From Prevotella sp. (GTDB taxonomy: Bacteria > Bacteroidota > Bacteroidia > Bacteroidales > Bacteroidaceae), in NCBI GenBank assembly GCA_017470345.1, contig JAFUEP010000010.1, forward strand, positions 16,799 through 80,798: a stretch of DNA of 64,000 nt. The letters run 5' to 3'. A program made the position numbers and the translations under genes. Of the stretch, positions 1 to 9,038 are shown in pieces; within the stretch, counting starts at the first letter, position 1, and each line of letters begins with the position of its first letter. Below the pieces are notes generated by a model, which ran no database searches, had not been told where the DNA came from, and was given only the letters and a program-made list of their open reading frames with translations.

Positions 1-1229
1 TCGTCCTCGTCAGCACCCAGCGGACCCGTCTGCGTGAAGAGACCCAGGTCGACGCACGAGCCCATGGCGTCGTAGCCGTCGGCATTGAGGTGCAGATGGT
101 CGTTCTCAAAGAGATACTGGTCCTGCAGGGCGACGGTGTCCTGCGGGTTGCGCACGGCGCGGTCGAAGTCGATGACGCCGTCGAGCATCTTCGTCGTGCG
201 CATCCAGGTGTTGATGGTGCGGCGACCCAGCTCGTGGTCGGCCGAGTAGTAGCTGTTGCCCTTGAAGGGCGTGATGGTGCCGCCGAAGACGCAGATGCCC
301 TTGGCGTGGGCCTCGCGGATGATCTGCTTGTAGACGTCGATGATGCGCTGGGCCGTCTGTGCGCCGTTCTGGCAGTAGCCCAGGTCGTTGACGGCCTCGA
401 AGAGGATGATCCACTTGACGCCCTCCTGGCCGAGCAGGTCGCGCCCGTAGCGACTCTGGCCCGTGGGTCCCAGTCCGCCGCTGAGCACGCAGTTGCCGCC
501 GATGCCCATGTTGAGCACGCCGACGTGGCTGGTCGGCTCGTTCTCGAGCAGTCGGCGCGACATGACGTCGGCCCATCGGTTCTGCGCGTTGGTGGTCGAG
601 CCGCGGCCGTCGGTGATCGAGTTGCCGAGGATGGCCACGGCGCCGCTCGCCTCAGGCGCCTCCACCTCGAGGGCGAGGATCGAGTACCAGTGGTCGGTGC
701 GGGTGTAGCCCGAGCTGAAGTCGGTGGTGTTGCCCGCCTTCAGGTATGATGTGGTGCGCGAGCCGGGATGTCCGCTGACGCTCGTCGACGAGGCCGTGCC
801 GTAGTGGATGGTGATGGCCACGTTCTGGCGTGGCTCCATGTGGAAGCTGACGGCGTCGCTGACGGCCGTGGCGCCGGCCGCCATCGTCACCGTGGCGCTG
901 CCGCCGAAGGTCAGGCTGACCGTCGACGCCTCGTCGATGAGGGGGCTGCTGCCTGCCGTCTGCGCGCGGGCTATCTTGACGGCCTTGATCTCAGTGGCGC
1001 CGGCGGAGAACTCGTTGGTCAGCTTCAGCCGGACGACGTCGCCGCCGAGGCTGACCTGCACGATCTGGCGCAGCGTGTTGTTCTGCAGTCCTGGCGACGG
1101 CGGGTTGTTGTTGGTCTCGACCAACTGCGGTGCCGTGCCCCATGTGCCCACCCAGTGCACATTGTCGGCTGCCTGAAGCGTCAGCGAGCAGCCAATGAAG
1201 CACAGTATGGCGATAAGGGATTGTTTCAT
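1..1229 (-). CDS. SGNH/GDSL-family hydrolase (probable carbohydrate esterase), 3' end runs off window
   Basis: Not in the ORF track because it is open at the edge. Manual translation from ATG 1229 gives a signal peptide MKQSLIAIL, then WVGTWGTAPQ, block I AILGNSITDG, NMGIGGN, EAVNDLG and catalytic DHLHLNADGY. Confidence 0.85.
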   Translation of the reverse strand, partial: MKQSLIAILCFIGCSLTLQAADNVHWVGTWGTAPQLVETNNNPPSPGLQNNTLRQIVQVSLGGDVVRLKLTNEFSAGATEIKAVKIARAQTAGSSPLIDEASTVSLTFGGSATVTMAAGATAVSDAVSFHMEPRQNVAITIHYGTASSTSVSGHPGSRTTSYLKAGNTTDFSSGYTRTDHWYSILALEVEAPEASGAVAILGNSITDGRGSTTNAQNRWADVMSRRLLENEPTSHVGVLNMGIGGNCVLSGGLGPTGQSRYGRDLLGQEGVKWIILFEAVNDLGYCQNGAQTAQRIIDVYKQIIREAHAKGICVFGGTITPFKGNSYYSADHELGRRTINTWMRTTKMLDGVIDFDRAVRNPQDTVALQDQYLFENDHLHLNADGYDAMGSCVDLGLFTQTGPLGADED

Positions 1230-1308
1230 AGTCAATCTTTAGGATAATGAATAGAGTCAGTTGCTTTCGCTCTCCTGTTGCGAATTATCTTTACAATGTG
1301 TGTGCGAT

Positions 1309-1436
1309 TTGAAAAGAAGCGGTGCTTTAGCGGTCAGAAAGCGGTGCTTTTTGAGTCGAAAAGCACCGCTTCTTTCATCGAAAAGCACCGCTTCTCTGCT
1401 TCTGTTTTGCGAACGCACTGATTTTCAGCTGGTTAT
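1309..1436. repeat. 22-bp-period AAGCGGTGCTT/AAGCACCGCTT palindromic repeat element, copy 1
   Basis: Two direct plus two inverted units around ttttgagtcgaaaagc, followed by ctgattttcagctggttat. Confidence 0.8.
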
Positions 1437-1489
1437 CAATTTGAGTAGAAAAGGTGCGAAATTATTTTACATTTTCGTCGTTCTTCGCG

Positions 1490-4165
1490 TTACTTGACGA
1501 TCACCTTCTGCGTGCGGACCTCGCCGTCCTTGGTCACCTGGCGGATGATGTTCAGGCCCTTCACGGCGCTGGTCGACTGGCGGCCGTCGAGAGTGAAGAA
1601 CGAGGTGGTCACGTTCTCGCCGTCCTTCACGACGAGGTTGACGCCCGTGGTGATGTCGGCCAGGTCGATGTCGGCGATGGCATCGCGGAAGTCGTCGAGC
1701 TTCTCGATGTTGCTGATGCAGAGCATGCCGATCTTGTAGCCTGCCTCCTTGGTGTAGACGTAGAGCGCGTGCTCGCCGGCGTCGAGGTTGTTCTGCATGC
1801 TGGTCTTGTCAGCATTGCTGAGCAGCGAGTAGAGGTTCTTCCAGGCCCACTCGCCCTTGGTGCTGGCACCGTTGGAGTTGTAGGCTGTCTGGTCGTCGAA
1901 GCCGATCCAGACGGCATCGTTGGTCGACTTGGCGCAGTTGACGTAGCCATAGATGAAGTAGGGCTGCTTCAGGGGGGCGGTGAAGTCGGCCTTCAGGGCC
2001 TGGCTCTTGCTCTCGGGGCAGGTCGAGTTTTTCACCATGGCTTCGGTGATCTTGCCGCTCGGAGCGGTCTCGTCGTCCTTGAGCTCCCAGTCGGTGGTGG
2101 TGGTCATGATGTCTTCAGGCGTAGCAAAGAACAGGGCGTCCTCCTGCTTGTTCGAAGGCAGCAGGTTGGGCACGTGGTCCTCCGACTCCCACCAGTCCAT
2201 CCACTGTCCGAGCTCCTCGAGCGGCGTGGCGCGCGATCCGCCCTCCTTGTAGATGGGTGCGGCGTTGTAGTTGGCGGCAGCCGTGAGGTCGACGTCCTTG
2301 CCGAGGAGGAACTTGTCGAGGAAGGCGCCGACGACGTCGTACTGCGAGTTGGGCAGCGAGCAGTGGCCGTGGCCGTCGATGATGGAGTAGGCGCAGCGGT
2401 CGGCAATGCCGTAGCGCTCCCACACCTTGCGGGCGGCCTCCATTGAGACGTAGCCCGAGCCGTCGGCCAGCCAGACATAGTCAGGATTGCCGAGCATGAG
2501 GAATCCGCGGGGGCAGCAGAGTGCCGACAGTTCGTGGTGGTCGTAGGGCAGATAGAACACCTTGTTCTTGTCGTACGTAGCGTCGCGCTTGAACTCCTTC
2601 GAGAACCATGAGCCGTCGGTGTTGGTGTGGCCCTCCCAGGGATCTTCCTTCGTGTAGTCGCGGTTGTGCACCCACGTGGTGCGCCATGCGGCGCAGCCGC
2701 CGCCGCCCGACTCCTGCGGGATGGTCAGACAGACGCGCTCGTCGAAGGCACCGCAGAAGAGGGCCATCTTGCCGGCGTAGGAGCAGCCGGTGACGCCGAT
2801 GTGGTCCATGTCGATCTTGGTCACCTCGGGTCCGAGGATCTGCAGTCCGTCGAGCAGACGGCTGAAGCCCCATGCCCACTCGCTGTAGGCGCCGTTGTCG
2901 GAGAGCTCGGGATAGAGACGCTCGAAGTCTCGTGCCGACGAGCCGGCCATCTGCGAGTAGCCGTTGACCTGTGCGGCCGTGAAGTTCATCGTGGCGATGT
3001 TGCGGCTCGAGAGCAGGCTGCCGGGCAGCGAGATGTTGTCGGCACCGACCATCAGCGGATAAGGTGCCGTGCCGCCGGAGGGATAGCTGATGCGTGCGGT
3101 CTGGGTGAGCACTTCGCCGTTAATGGTGGTCTTGACGGTCAGCACGCCGTCCTTGAACGAAGCCTCGATGTTTTCACGGCTGACGGCCGGCTTGTCGCCG
3201 ATCTCGTAGTGCTGAATCTCGCGGGCAATCTCGCCGCGGCGCTTCTGCCACTGGTCGAAGGTCAGGGCGCGGCCGCTGCCGTCGCTGAACTCGAACGGGT
3301 CGGTCAGCGGCTCACAGTAGTACTTGTCGGGGTCGGCCATCATGTCGGCCAGTGTCGGGAAGGCGGGGTCGGGCATGCCGGCGGCGGTGTTCTCAACGCT
3401 GTAGTGCGTGGGAATGCCGTCGACGACGGCCTTCTCGCGGACGGTGATGGCATAGCTGGCGATGCCGGCCTCATATTCGTCGTTGCCGGCGAAGGAGGCG
3501 GTGACGGTGCCCGACAGCTCGCCGTCGGCCAGGGTCACGGCGCCCGTGGCGGCATTGACCGTGATGGCCCCGGCGGGCTCGCTCACTGCGCTGTACGTGA
3601 CGGGCAGGTTGTTGGGATTGATGAGGGTGGGAGCGGTGAAGGCATCGCCCACCTCGAGCAGCACGAGCGACTGCGAGAACGACAGGTCGGCATCCTTCTT
3701 GCGGGGCACGGCGTCGTCGTAGGTCTCGAGATAGAGGTCGATGACGTGCACGGAGCCCGAGCTGGTCGTGCCGCCGGCCAGGCGCACGTCGGTGACGTCG
3801 GTCAGGAGGCTCTTCGGCAGGTAGTTCTTCAGCCGGAATTCCTTGACGCCCGTCTCGTTGACCTCAATCGACGTGTAGGACTGTCCGTTGTAGATGTAGA
3901 TGAAGAATGCGGCGCCCTCCAGGTCGGCTGACTCGATGACGATCTTCTCGTAGTCGGAGTAGTCGCCGGTCGGCAGTCCGAGGTATTTCAGGGTGTTGTC
4001 GTAGGGCAGGCTCCAGGTGAGGGTCTGGGTCTCGCTGCTCCACGCGGCATTGCCGTCGGACATGATGTCCGTGCTGCTCAGGTCGGCATGCACCTTCTCC
4101 GTGGCAGCATTCGTTTGTCCGATGCCGAAGAGGACGGCGGACAAGAGTAATAGTAATTTCTTCAT
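1490..4165 (-). CDS. Multidomain CE15 glucuronoyl esterase-family protein with T9SS-type C-terminus
   Basis: Signal peptide; CE15 motifs AWGFSRLLDGL, IGVTGCSYAGK, PQESGGGG, LPYDHHEL; putative CBM-like flanking domains; C-terminus FTLDGRQ...GLNIIR...KVIVK. Confidence 0.85.
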   Translation of the reverse strand: MKKLLLLLSAVLFGIGQTNAATEKVHADLSSTDIMSDGNAAWSSETQTLTWSLPYDNTLKYLGLPTGDYSDYEKIVIESADLEGAAFFIYIYNGQSYTSIEVNETGVKEFRLKNYLPKSLLTDVTDVRLAGGTTSSGSVHVIDLYLETYDDAVPRKKDADLSFSQSLVLLEVGDAFTAPTLINPNNLPVTYSAVSEPAGAITVNAATGAVTLADGELSGTVTASFAGNDEYEAGIASYAITVREKAVVDGIPTHYSVENTAAGMPDPAFPTLADMMADPDKYYCEPLTDPFEFSDGSGRALTFDQWQKRRGEIAREIQHYEIGDKPAVSRENIEASFKDGVLTVKTTINGEVLTQTARISYPSGGTAPYPLMVGADNISLPGSLLSSRNIATMNFTAAQVNGYSQMAGSSARDFERLYPELSDNGAYSEWAWGFSRLLDGLQILGPEVTKIDMDHIGVTGCSYAGKMALFCGAFDERVCLTIPQESGGGGCAAWRTTWVHNRDYTKEDPWEGHTNTDGSWFSKEFKRDATYDKNKVFYLPYDHHELSALCCPRGFLMLGNPDYVWLADGSGYVSMEAARKVWERYGIADRCAYSIIDGHGHCSLPNSQYDVVGAFLDKFLLGKDVDLTAAANYNAAPIYKEGGSRATPLEELGQWMDWWESEDHVPNLLPSNKQEDALFFATPEDIMTTTTDWELKDDETAPSGKITEAMVKNSTCPESKSQALKADFTAPLKQPYFIYGYVNCAKSTNDAVWIGFDDQTAYNSNGASTKGEWAWKNLYSLLSNADKTSMQNNLDAGEHALYVYTKEAGYKIGMLCISNIEKLDDFRDAIADIDLADITTGVNLVVKDGENVTTSFFTLDGRQSTSAVKGLNIIRQVTKDGEVRTQKVIVK

Positions 4166-4198
4166 AATGCAGTATAAATTAGTTAGTTGATAATGTTT

Positions 4199-5257
4199 TT
4201 AGCGAATCACTTTCCTGACGCGCACCGTGCCGTCGTCCATGCGGTCGCGCACGATGTTGAGGCCTGCCGAGCGGCTGTCGAGACGCATGCCTGAGGCCGA
4301 GTAGATGTCGCGATGGGCCACACCCTGCATCGTCACGGCGTCGTTGATGGACGACGGGTCGATGACGTCGCGCCAGATCTCGGTGAAATGGACGCTCATG
4401 GGGTAGGTGCCCTCGTAGATGAGGTAGGCAAACTTGTAGCTGTCGTCGATGTCGGGCGTGACGTACTCGGTCACTCCGGCCGGCACGGGATATTCGTAGG
4501 CCGTGTCCTCACCGTCGTCGAGCATCAGGAAGAAGCGGAACCCCTCGGGGATGGGCTCGGCCGTGCGGAAGGTGTAGCGATGCACCTCGCCCTTGCGGCG
4601 GTTGATCTGTATCTCGTTGCCGTTGGAGGTGTAGATGCCCACGGTGCCTTTGTTGTCGAAGCGCACGATGCCGTCGAACACCGAGTCGGGCTCGTGCCAG
4701 TCGGGCGAGGGCTTCCAGCTCTCGTTGCGCACGCAGTGGGAGACGATCTCCTCCTCGTCCTCGTTAATGAGCACCACCTCGGTGACGGTCAGTTCCAATC
4801 GCTCCGGGCCGATGTTGGCCTTCTGGATGGCAAACCACGTGCAGAGCGGGTCGTTCTCGAAGTAGCCGCCGCCGTGGTCGGTGTCGTCATAGTCCCAGAA
4901 CTCGCCCTCGAGCACCGTCTGGTTCTTCTTGAAGGGGATGTAGGGGCCCTTCCAGTTGCCCGTCGACTCGTGATTGCGGGCGAAGAGCTGCACCCAGCCG
5001 TCCTCCTCGGGACCTCGCTGCAGTCGCACGCGGAACATGGGGTATTCGTTGATGCTGAACGGCGCCTTCCACAGGGCCATGTCGCACCACTGTCCCTGGA
5101 ACACCATGTGGGCCGGATAGACCGTCTGCTCCGTGCCGTCGGGATTGAGCAGCACGGCGCCCAGGTCGGCACTGATGGGCATGCGGGTGTGGGTGATCTG
5201 TGCGAAGGTGGCCGCCGAACTGGCCATCATGAGTGCTGTGAGTAGGATTTTCTTCAT
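4199..5257 (-). CDS. Secreted hypothetical PUL protein with T9SS-type C-terminus
   Basis: Signal peptide MKKILLTALMMASSAATFA; C-terminus YSASGMRL...GLNIVR...KVIR; shares a domain with the neighbouring gene. Confidence 0.75.
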   Translation of the reverse strand: MKKILLTALMMASSAATFAQITHTRMPISADLGAVLLNPDGTEQTVYPAHMVFQGQWCDMALWKAPFSINEYPMFRVRLQRGPEEDGWVQLFARNHESTGNWKGPYIPFKKNQTVLEGEFWDYDDTDHGGGYFENDPLCTWFAIQKANIGPERLELTVTEVVLINEDEEEIVSHCVRNESWKPSPDWHEPDSVFDGIVRFDNKGTVGIYTSNGNEIQINRRKGEVHRYTFRTAEPIPEGFRFFLMLDDGEDTAYEYPVPAGVTEYVTPDIDDSYKFAYLIYEGTYPMSVHFTEIWRDVIDPSSINDAVTMQGVAHRDIYSASGMRLDSRSAGLNIVRDRMDDGTVRVRKVIR

Positions 5258-5318
5258 ACGCATAAGTGTGAGTTGTGTGATGTACGTGATAAGAGCGGAT
5301 GTCGGGGTAAAGGAAGAA

Positions 5319-5384
5319 AAACGGGGGGGGTGACGCGACGTGTTTCGCTATTGCTGTTGACGGCGCCACGCCATCCCCCCGAAA
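5319..5384 (-). terminator. Probable intrinsic terminator/stem-loop between two PUL genes
   Basis: Imperfect GC-rich hairpin cgggggggg tga...ccatccccccg; the A-rich run to its left reads as a U tract on the minus strand. Confidence 0.45.
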
Positions 5385-5404
5385 CTACTGACTACAATGC
5401 TTTT

Positions 5405-7897
5405 TTACTTCAAAACAACCTTTTTACCATTAATTATATAGAGGCCCTTCGTGGGCTGGGCTACGCGGCGACCCTGCATGTCGTAGATCTGAGCGTCCTT
5501 CGTCTCAGCTGACTTCACGCCTGCAATGCCGGTGATGACTCCATAGTCATACTGTTTGCCGTCGACGTACTCCTGTTCGCCGGTCGTCGAGCTGCCACCG
5601 TCGCTGAAGGAGATGTAGAGGGGTGCATCCTCTGCCTTGACACTCCAGCTGTAGATGTCGGCACCGAGGCTGCTGCTGGTGCGTACGAAGGTCATGTCCT
5701 CGGTGTAGGTGACCTTGTCGTTCCATGCGGTGACGACGACCTTCTCCCAGTTGCCGTTGTTGACGAAGGTGATGCCCCATGTGCAGTCGTCGGTGCGGAC
5801 GGCGTCGAGCGTGACGGTGCCGTCGGCAGCGTTGAACGTGAAGTTGAAGGTGTAGACACCGGTCTTCTCAGGCGTCCATGTCACGTTGCCGGTGGTGAAG
5901 AGCCTGTCCGACTTGTTGGCACGCACGCGGTAGGCGTAGTCCTTCAGCTCCTTGATCTGCTGGTCGGCGATGGTCAGCGTCCAGATGTCGCCGTTCTCAG
6001 CGTCTTTGGTCATGAAGGCGTCGCTGCTGGCCAGGTCGCCGATGACGCTGTAGACGTAGTCGGCCGGTGTGGCCTCATAGACCTCGCGGACGATCTTCGT
6101 GACGCGTATCTTCATGGGCAGATTCTCCTCAGCGCCGGTGTACATCAGCTGCAGTCCGCCGTACGAAGAGCCCCAGAACTCATAGGGCGAATAGTCGGTC
6201 AGGATCTTCACGGCCAGGGCGTTGTCAGCCTTCTTCTCTACGGAATAGGCGACGGGTTCAAAGTTCCACTGGAAGGTGTTCCAGTTGAGCGAGGTCTTCA
6301 CTGCGGCAGCCGTCAGGCTTTCGGGCATGGGTTCTTCGGTGTAGAAGGTGACCACGTGATAGGTGCCTTCATCGACAGCAGCGCCGTAGGCACCGACATA
6401 GTCGTTGGCAGCATTGAAGGTCACGTAGGCGTCGTAGAGATTGCCGTTCTCGTCGTAGCTGCCCGTGACGGGATAGGTCGAGCCGCTGTTCCACAGGCTG
6501 ATGCTCGAGCCGATGCCCGGGGTCTCGATCCACTCCTCGTCCTCGTTCATCAGGTAGACCTGCATCAGCACCACCTTCACGGCTGAGCCGCCGGTGTTCT
6601 GCAGGGCAATGGCCTCGACGTCGCTGCTGCCCAGGGCGTCGATGTCGAACCATCCGGTCAGGGTGGTGCCGTCCTCTGACAACTCAACGTCCATCTCCTC
6701 GTTGGTCTCCCAAGGCACGTAGACAGTCTGCTCAACATTGCCGCCCTCGGCATCGGGCACATGGGTGCGATAGAAGAACTGCACGTCGGTGGGACGCTCG
6801 CGCAGCACAATCTTGAAGGCAGGATATTCGGCGGCGTTGAAGGTCTCCTTCCACAGTCCGACCGATCCCCAGCTGCCGGGCAGGTTCAGACCGATGGGCA
6901 GTCCGTTTTCGCCCATCTCCTCACCGGGGTTGGGATCCTCCATGACGGCCGAGCCGCCAACCTTGACGGGCAGGGTCTCGCGGGCGATGGGTGCTCCCTC
7001 GACGTAGCGATACATCTTGATGTCCTGCGGCAGCTGGCTGGTGGTCGAGACGATGTGCTGGATGGAGATGCCGGTGTAGTTGGCGGGCATGTCGAGGGTG
7101 ACGATGTTGTCCTCGATGTTCCATCCCAGATAGCTGTTGCTGCCATCCTCGTTGTAGACCTTCCATTGGAATTGGCCGGCGGGGATGGGCTCGCTGCTCA
7201 CGAGGGTGAACTGGTGGGGCTTGTCGGCCTCGATCTCCTGCACTTCGCCGAAGTCGACGCCAATCTCGCCATATTGGCTCGTGAACTCGTAGACGTCCTT
7301 TGAGACACCGCCCTCAGGGACGGTCAGCGGGGTGATGCTGGCCGAGTTCCAGCCCGAGGCGGCCAGTCCGGTGGATGGCACCTCGGCGCCGTTCTTGTCA
7401 ATCAGATAGACAGCCTCGACGATGACGGTCACGGAGCTGCTCGTGCGGTTCTGCAGGGCCAGCTGGGTGATGACGGGATCGTCTCCGAGGTTCTCAATAT
7501 TAAAGGAGCCTGTGAATGTCAGACCGTCGTCCGACAGCGTGCCGCCGTTGTCGCCTTCCCAGGGCAGATAGCTGCCGCTGTAGTCAGCTGCCTGGGCTGC
7601 ATTGCGATAATAGAACTGTACCGTGGCTTCAGCCGGCGCCTCGCGCAGCACCACCTTGAATCCGGGGTATTCGTTGGCGTCGAACGAGCCGGTGTAGAGC
7701 TTGACGTCGCCCCAGTTGCCGGGGATAGCTACGCTGGCGGGCAGCTGCGGGATTTCCTGATCGGAGACGACTATGGTCTTCTTCGACCATCCCCATCCTG
7801 AGATAGACCCGAGCGTGAGCTCCTCGCCGTACTGTTGTGCACTTGCCTGTCCGGCTAAGCCGATCATGGCTGCTAAGAGTAAAGCTAATTTCTTCAT
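5405..7897 (-). CDS. Secreted hypothetical PUL protein, two internal repeats plus CBM-like modules, T9SS-type C-terminus
   Basis: Start chosen at MKKLALLLAAMIG, downstream of the promoter at 7978-7985; C-terminus IYDMQGRRVAQPTKGLYIINGKKVVLK. Confidence 0.8.
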   Translation of the reverse strand: MKKLALLLAAMIGLAGQASAQQYGEELTLGSISGWGWSKKTIVVSDQEIPQLPASVAIPGNWGDVKLYTGSFDANEYPGFKVVLREAPAEATVQFYYRNAAQAADYSGSYLPWEGDNGGTLSDDGLTFTGSFNIENLGDDPVITQLALQNRTSSSVTVIVEAVYLIDKNGAEVPSTGLAASGWNSASITPLTVPEGGVSKDVYEFTSQYGEIGVDFGEVQEIEADKPHQFTLVSSEPIPAGQFQWKVYNEDGSNSYLGWNIEDNIVTLDMPANYTGISIQHIVSTTSQLPQDIKMYRYVEGAPIARETLPVKVGGSAVMEDPNPGEEMGENGLPIGLNLPGSWGSVGLWKETFNAAEYPAFKIVLRERPTDVQFFYRTHVPDAEGGNVEQTVYVPWETNEEMDVELSEDGTTLTGWFDIDALGSSDVEAIALQNTGGSAVKVVLMQVYLMNEDEEWIETPGIGSSISLWNSGSTYPVTGSYDENGNLYDAYVTFNAANDYVGAYGAAVDEGTYHVVTFYTEEPMPESLTAAAVKTSLNWNTFQWNFEPVAYSVEKKADNALAVKILTDYSPYEFWGSSYGGLQLMYTGAEENLPMKIRVTKIVREVYEATPADYVYSVIGDLASSDAFMTKDAENGDIWTLTIADQQIKELKDYAYRVRANKSDRLFTTGNVTWTPEKTGVYTFNFTFNAADGTVTLDAVRTDDCTWGITFVNNGNWEKVVVTAWNDKVTYTEDMTFVRTSSSLGADIYSWSVKAEDAPLYISFSDGGSSTTGEQEYVDGKQYDYGVITGIAGVKSAETKDAQIYDMQGRRVAQPTKGLYIINGKKVVLK

Positions 7898-7977
7898 AAT
7901 CGTTTTGGTTTTAGTGAGTAATAAAAAAGAGTAATAAATATTTCTAATTGTTTCGGATTCTGTGGTTGTTTCCGCTG

Positions 7978-7985
7978 CAAAGATA
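7978..7985 (-). promoter_or_regulatory. Bacteroidota sigma-70 -7 element (TATCTTTG)
   Basis: Matches TAnnTTTG about 80 bp upstream of the 7897 start. Confidence 0.6.
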
Positions 7986-8065
7986 GGTTGTTTTGCAAAA
8001 AGAGACGTTTCTATTTGTCTCAAAAGTGTTTCAAAATTCGTCTATTTGAAAAAAGACAGGTTAAC

Positions 8066-8989
8066 CTACTGATTTTCGGCTTCAAGTTGTCCCTGGAGTT
8101 GTTGGCGCACGTCGTCGTAGCGCTCGTCGTCGATGAATTGCTGCAGCTCCTGCCACGTCTCGAGCAGACGCTCGGTGGCGTCGGCGCCTGTGTGGCTGAG
8201 CAGGGCGTCGCGCATGGGGATGATGAAGAGGGGATTGTCTGAGAAAGTCTGGGCGAGCCATTCATAGGCCAGTCGCTCGTCGGTGATGTCGGGCTGCCAG
8301 AGACGTCGGCCGGCAGCGTAGAGGTCGAACTGGCGGAGGTGGTCGCCCGTCCAGTTGTCGTCGGAGGTCAGCGGCAGCGGTGCAGCCGTGGCGTCGTCGG
8401 CACATCTGACGCCGATGCCGTAAGGGCGCAGGGCGTCAGCCAGTTGCGCTGCCTTTTTGTCTTGATTCGCAGGCAGCACAACCTCGTTGATGCCGATGGA
8501 GGCCGCCGCCCGTGCGAAAGCGGTGCTTCGCTTAAGGAGAAGCGACGCCTTTCGGACGGCAAAGCAGCGCTTCTCGTTTTGTGGACTTTCGGTCAGCTCG
8601 TGGCTGGGGGGCAGCGTCTGGCACAGGCAGCCGTCGCCTATGGTCTGCGAGCGCAGCATGAAGTAGGCGCCGTAGAGCAGCCCGACAGCCGATGAGGCCG
8701 TGATACGGAAAGAGTCCTCTTCGACTTTCGCAATCCGGAAGGCGTCGCGCCGCAGCGTCGGCTCGTCGGTGAGCCGCAGGGCGACGGGCAGCCCCTGCCA
8801 GTGGGCACGGAGCTCGCCGACGGCCACGCGGACGATGGCCTGATCAGCGTCGCCGGCCTGACTGGCGCCACTCATGTCGACCACTGCCGCCGGTTCTGCA
8901 TCGGGCAGTCGCAGCCACAGCCGACGTCCGTCGTCGGCCATGGCTGCGATAGTCTGCCAGAAGGCGAGAATGAGGAGTACTCTTCTCAT
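8066..8989 (-). CDS. Miniaturised GH67 alpha-glucuronidase homologue, probably non-catalytic or a pseudogene
   Basis: GH67-like segments DDGRRLWLRL, GLLYGAYFML, ARAAASIGINEVVL, LADALRPYGI, NWTGDHLRQFDLYAAGR, EWLAQTF; only 307 aa against roughly 700 aa for typical GH67. Confidence 0.7.
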   Translation of the reverse strand: MRRVLLILAFWQTIAAMADDGRRLWLRLPDAEPAAVVDMSGASQAGDADQAIVRVAVGELRAHWQGLPVALRLTDEPTLRRDAFRIAKVEEDSFRITASSAVGLLYGAYFMLRSQTIGDGCLCQTLPPSHELTESPQNEKRCFAVRKASLLLKRSTAFARAAASIGINEVVLPANQDKKAAQLADALRPYGIGVRCADDATAAPLPLTSDDNWTGDHLRQFDLYAAGRRLWQPDITDERLAYEWLAQTFSDNPLFIIPMRDALLSHTGADATERLLETWQELQQFIDDERYDDVRQQLQGQLEAENQ

Positions 8990-9038
8990 GTTGTGATTAA
9001 AAGGTCAGTTGCGATAAGCCGCGCTCCTGATTTGGAGA

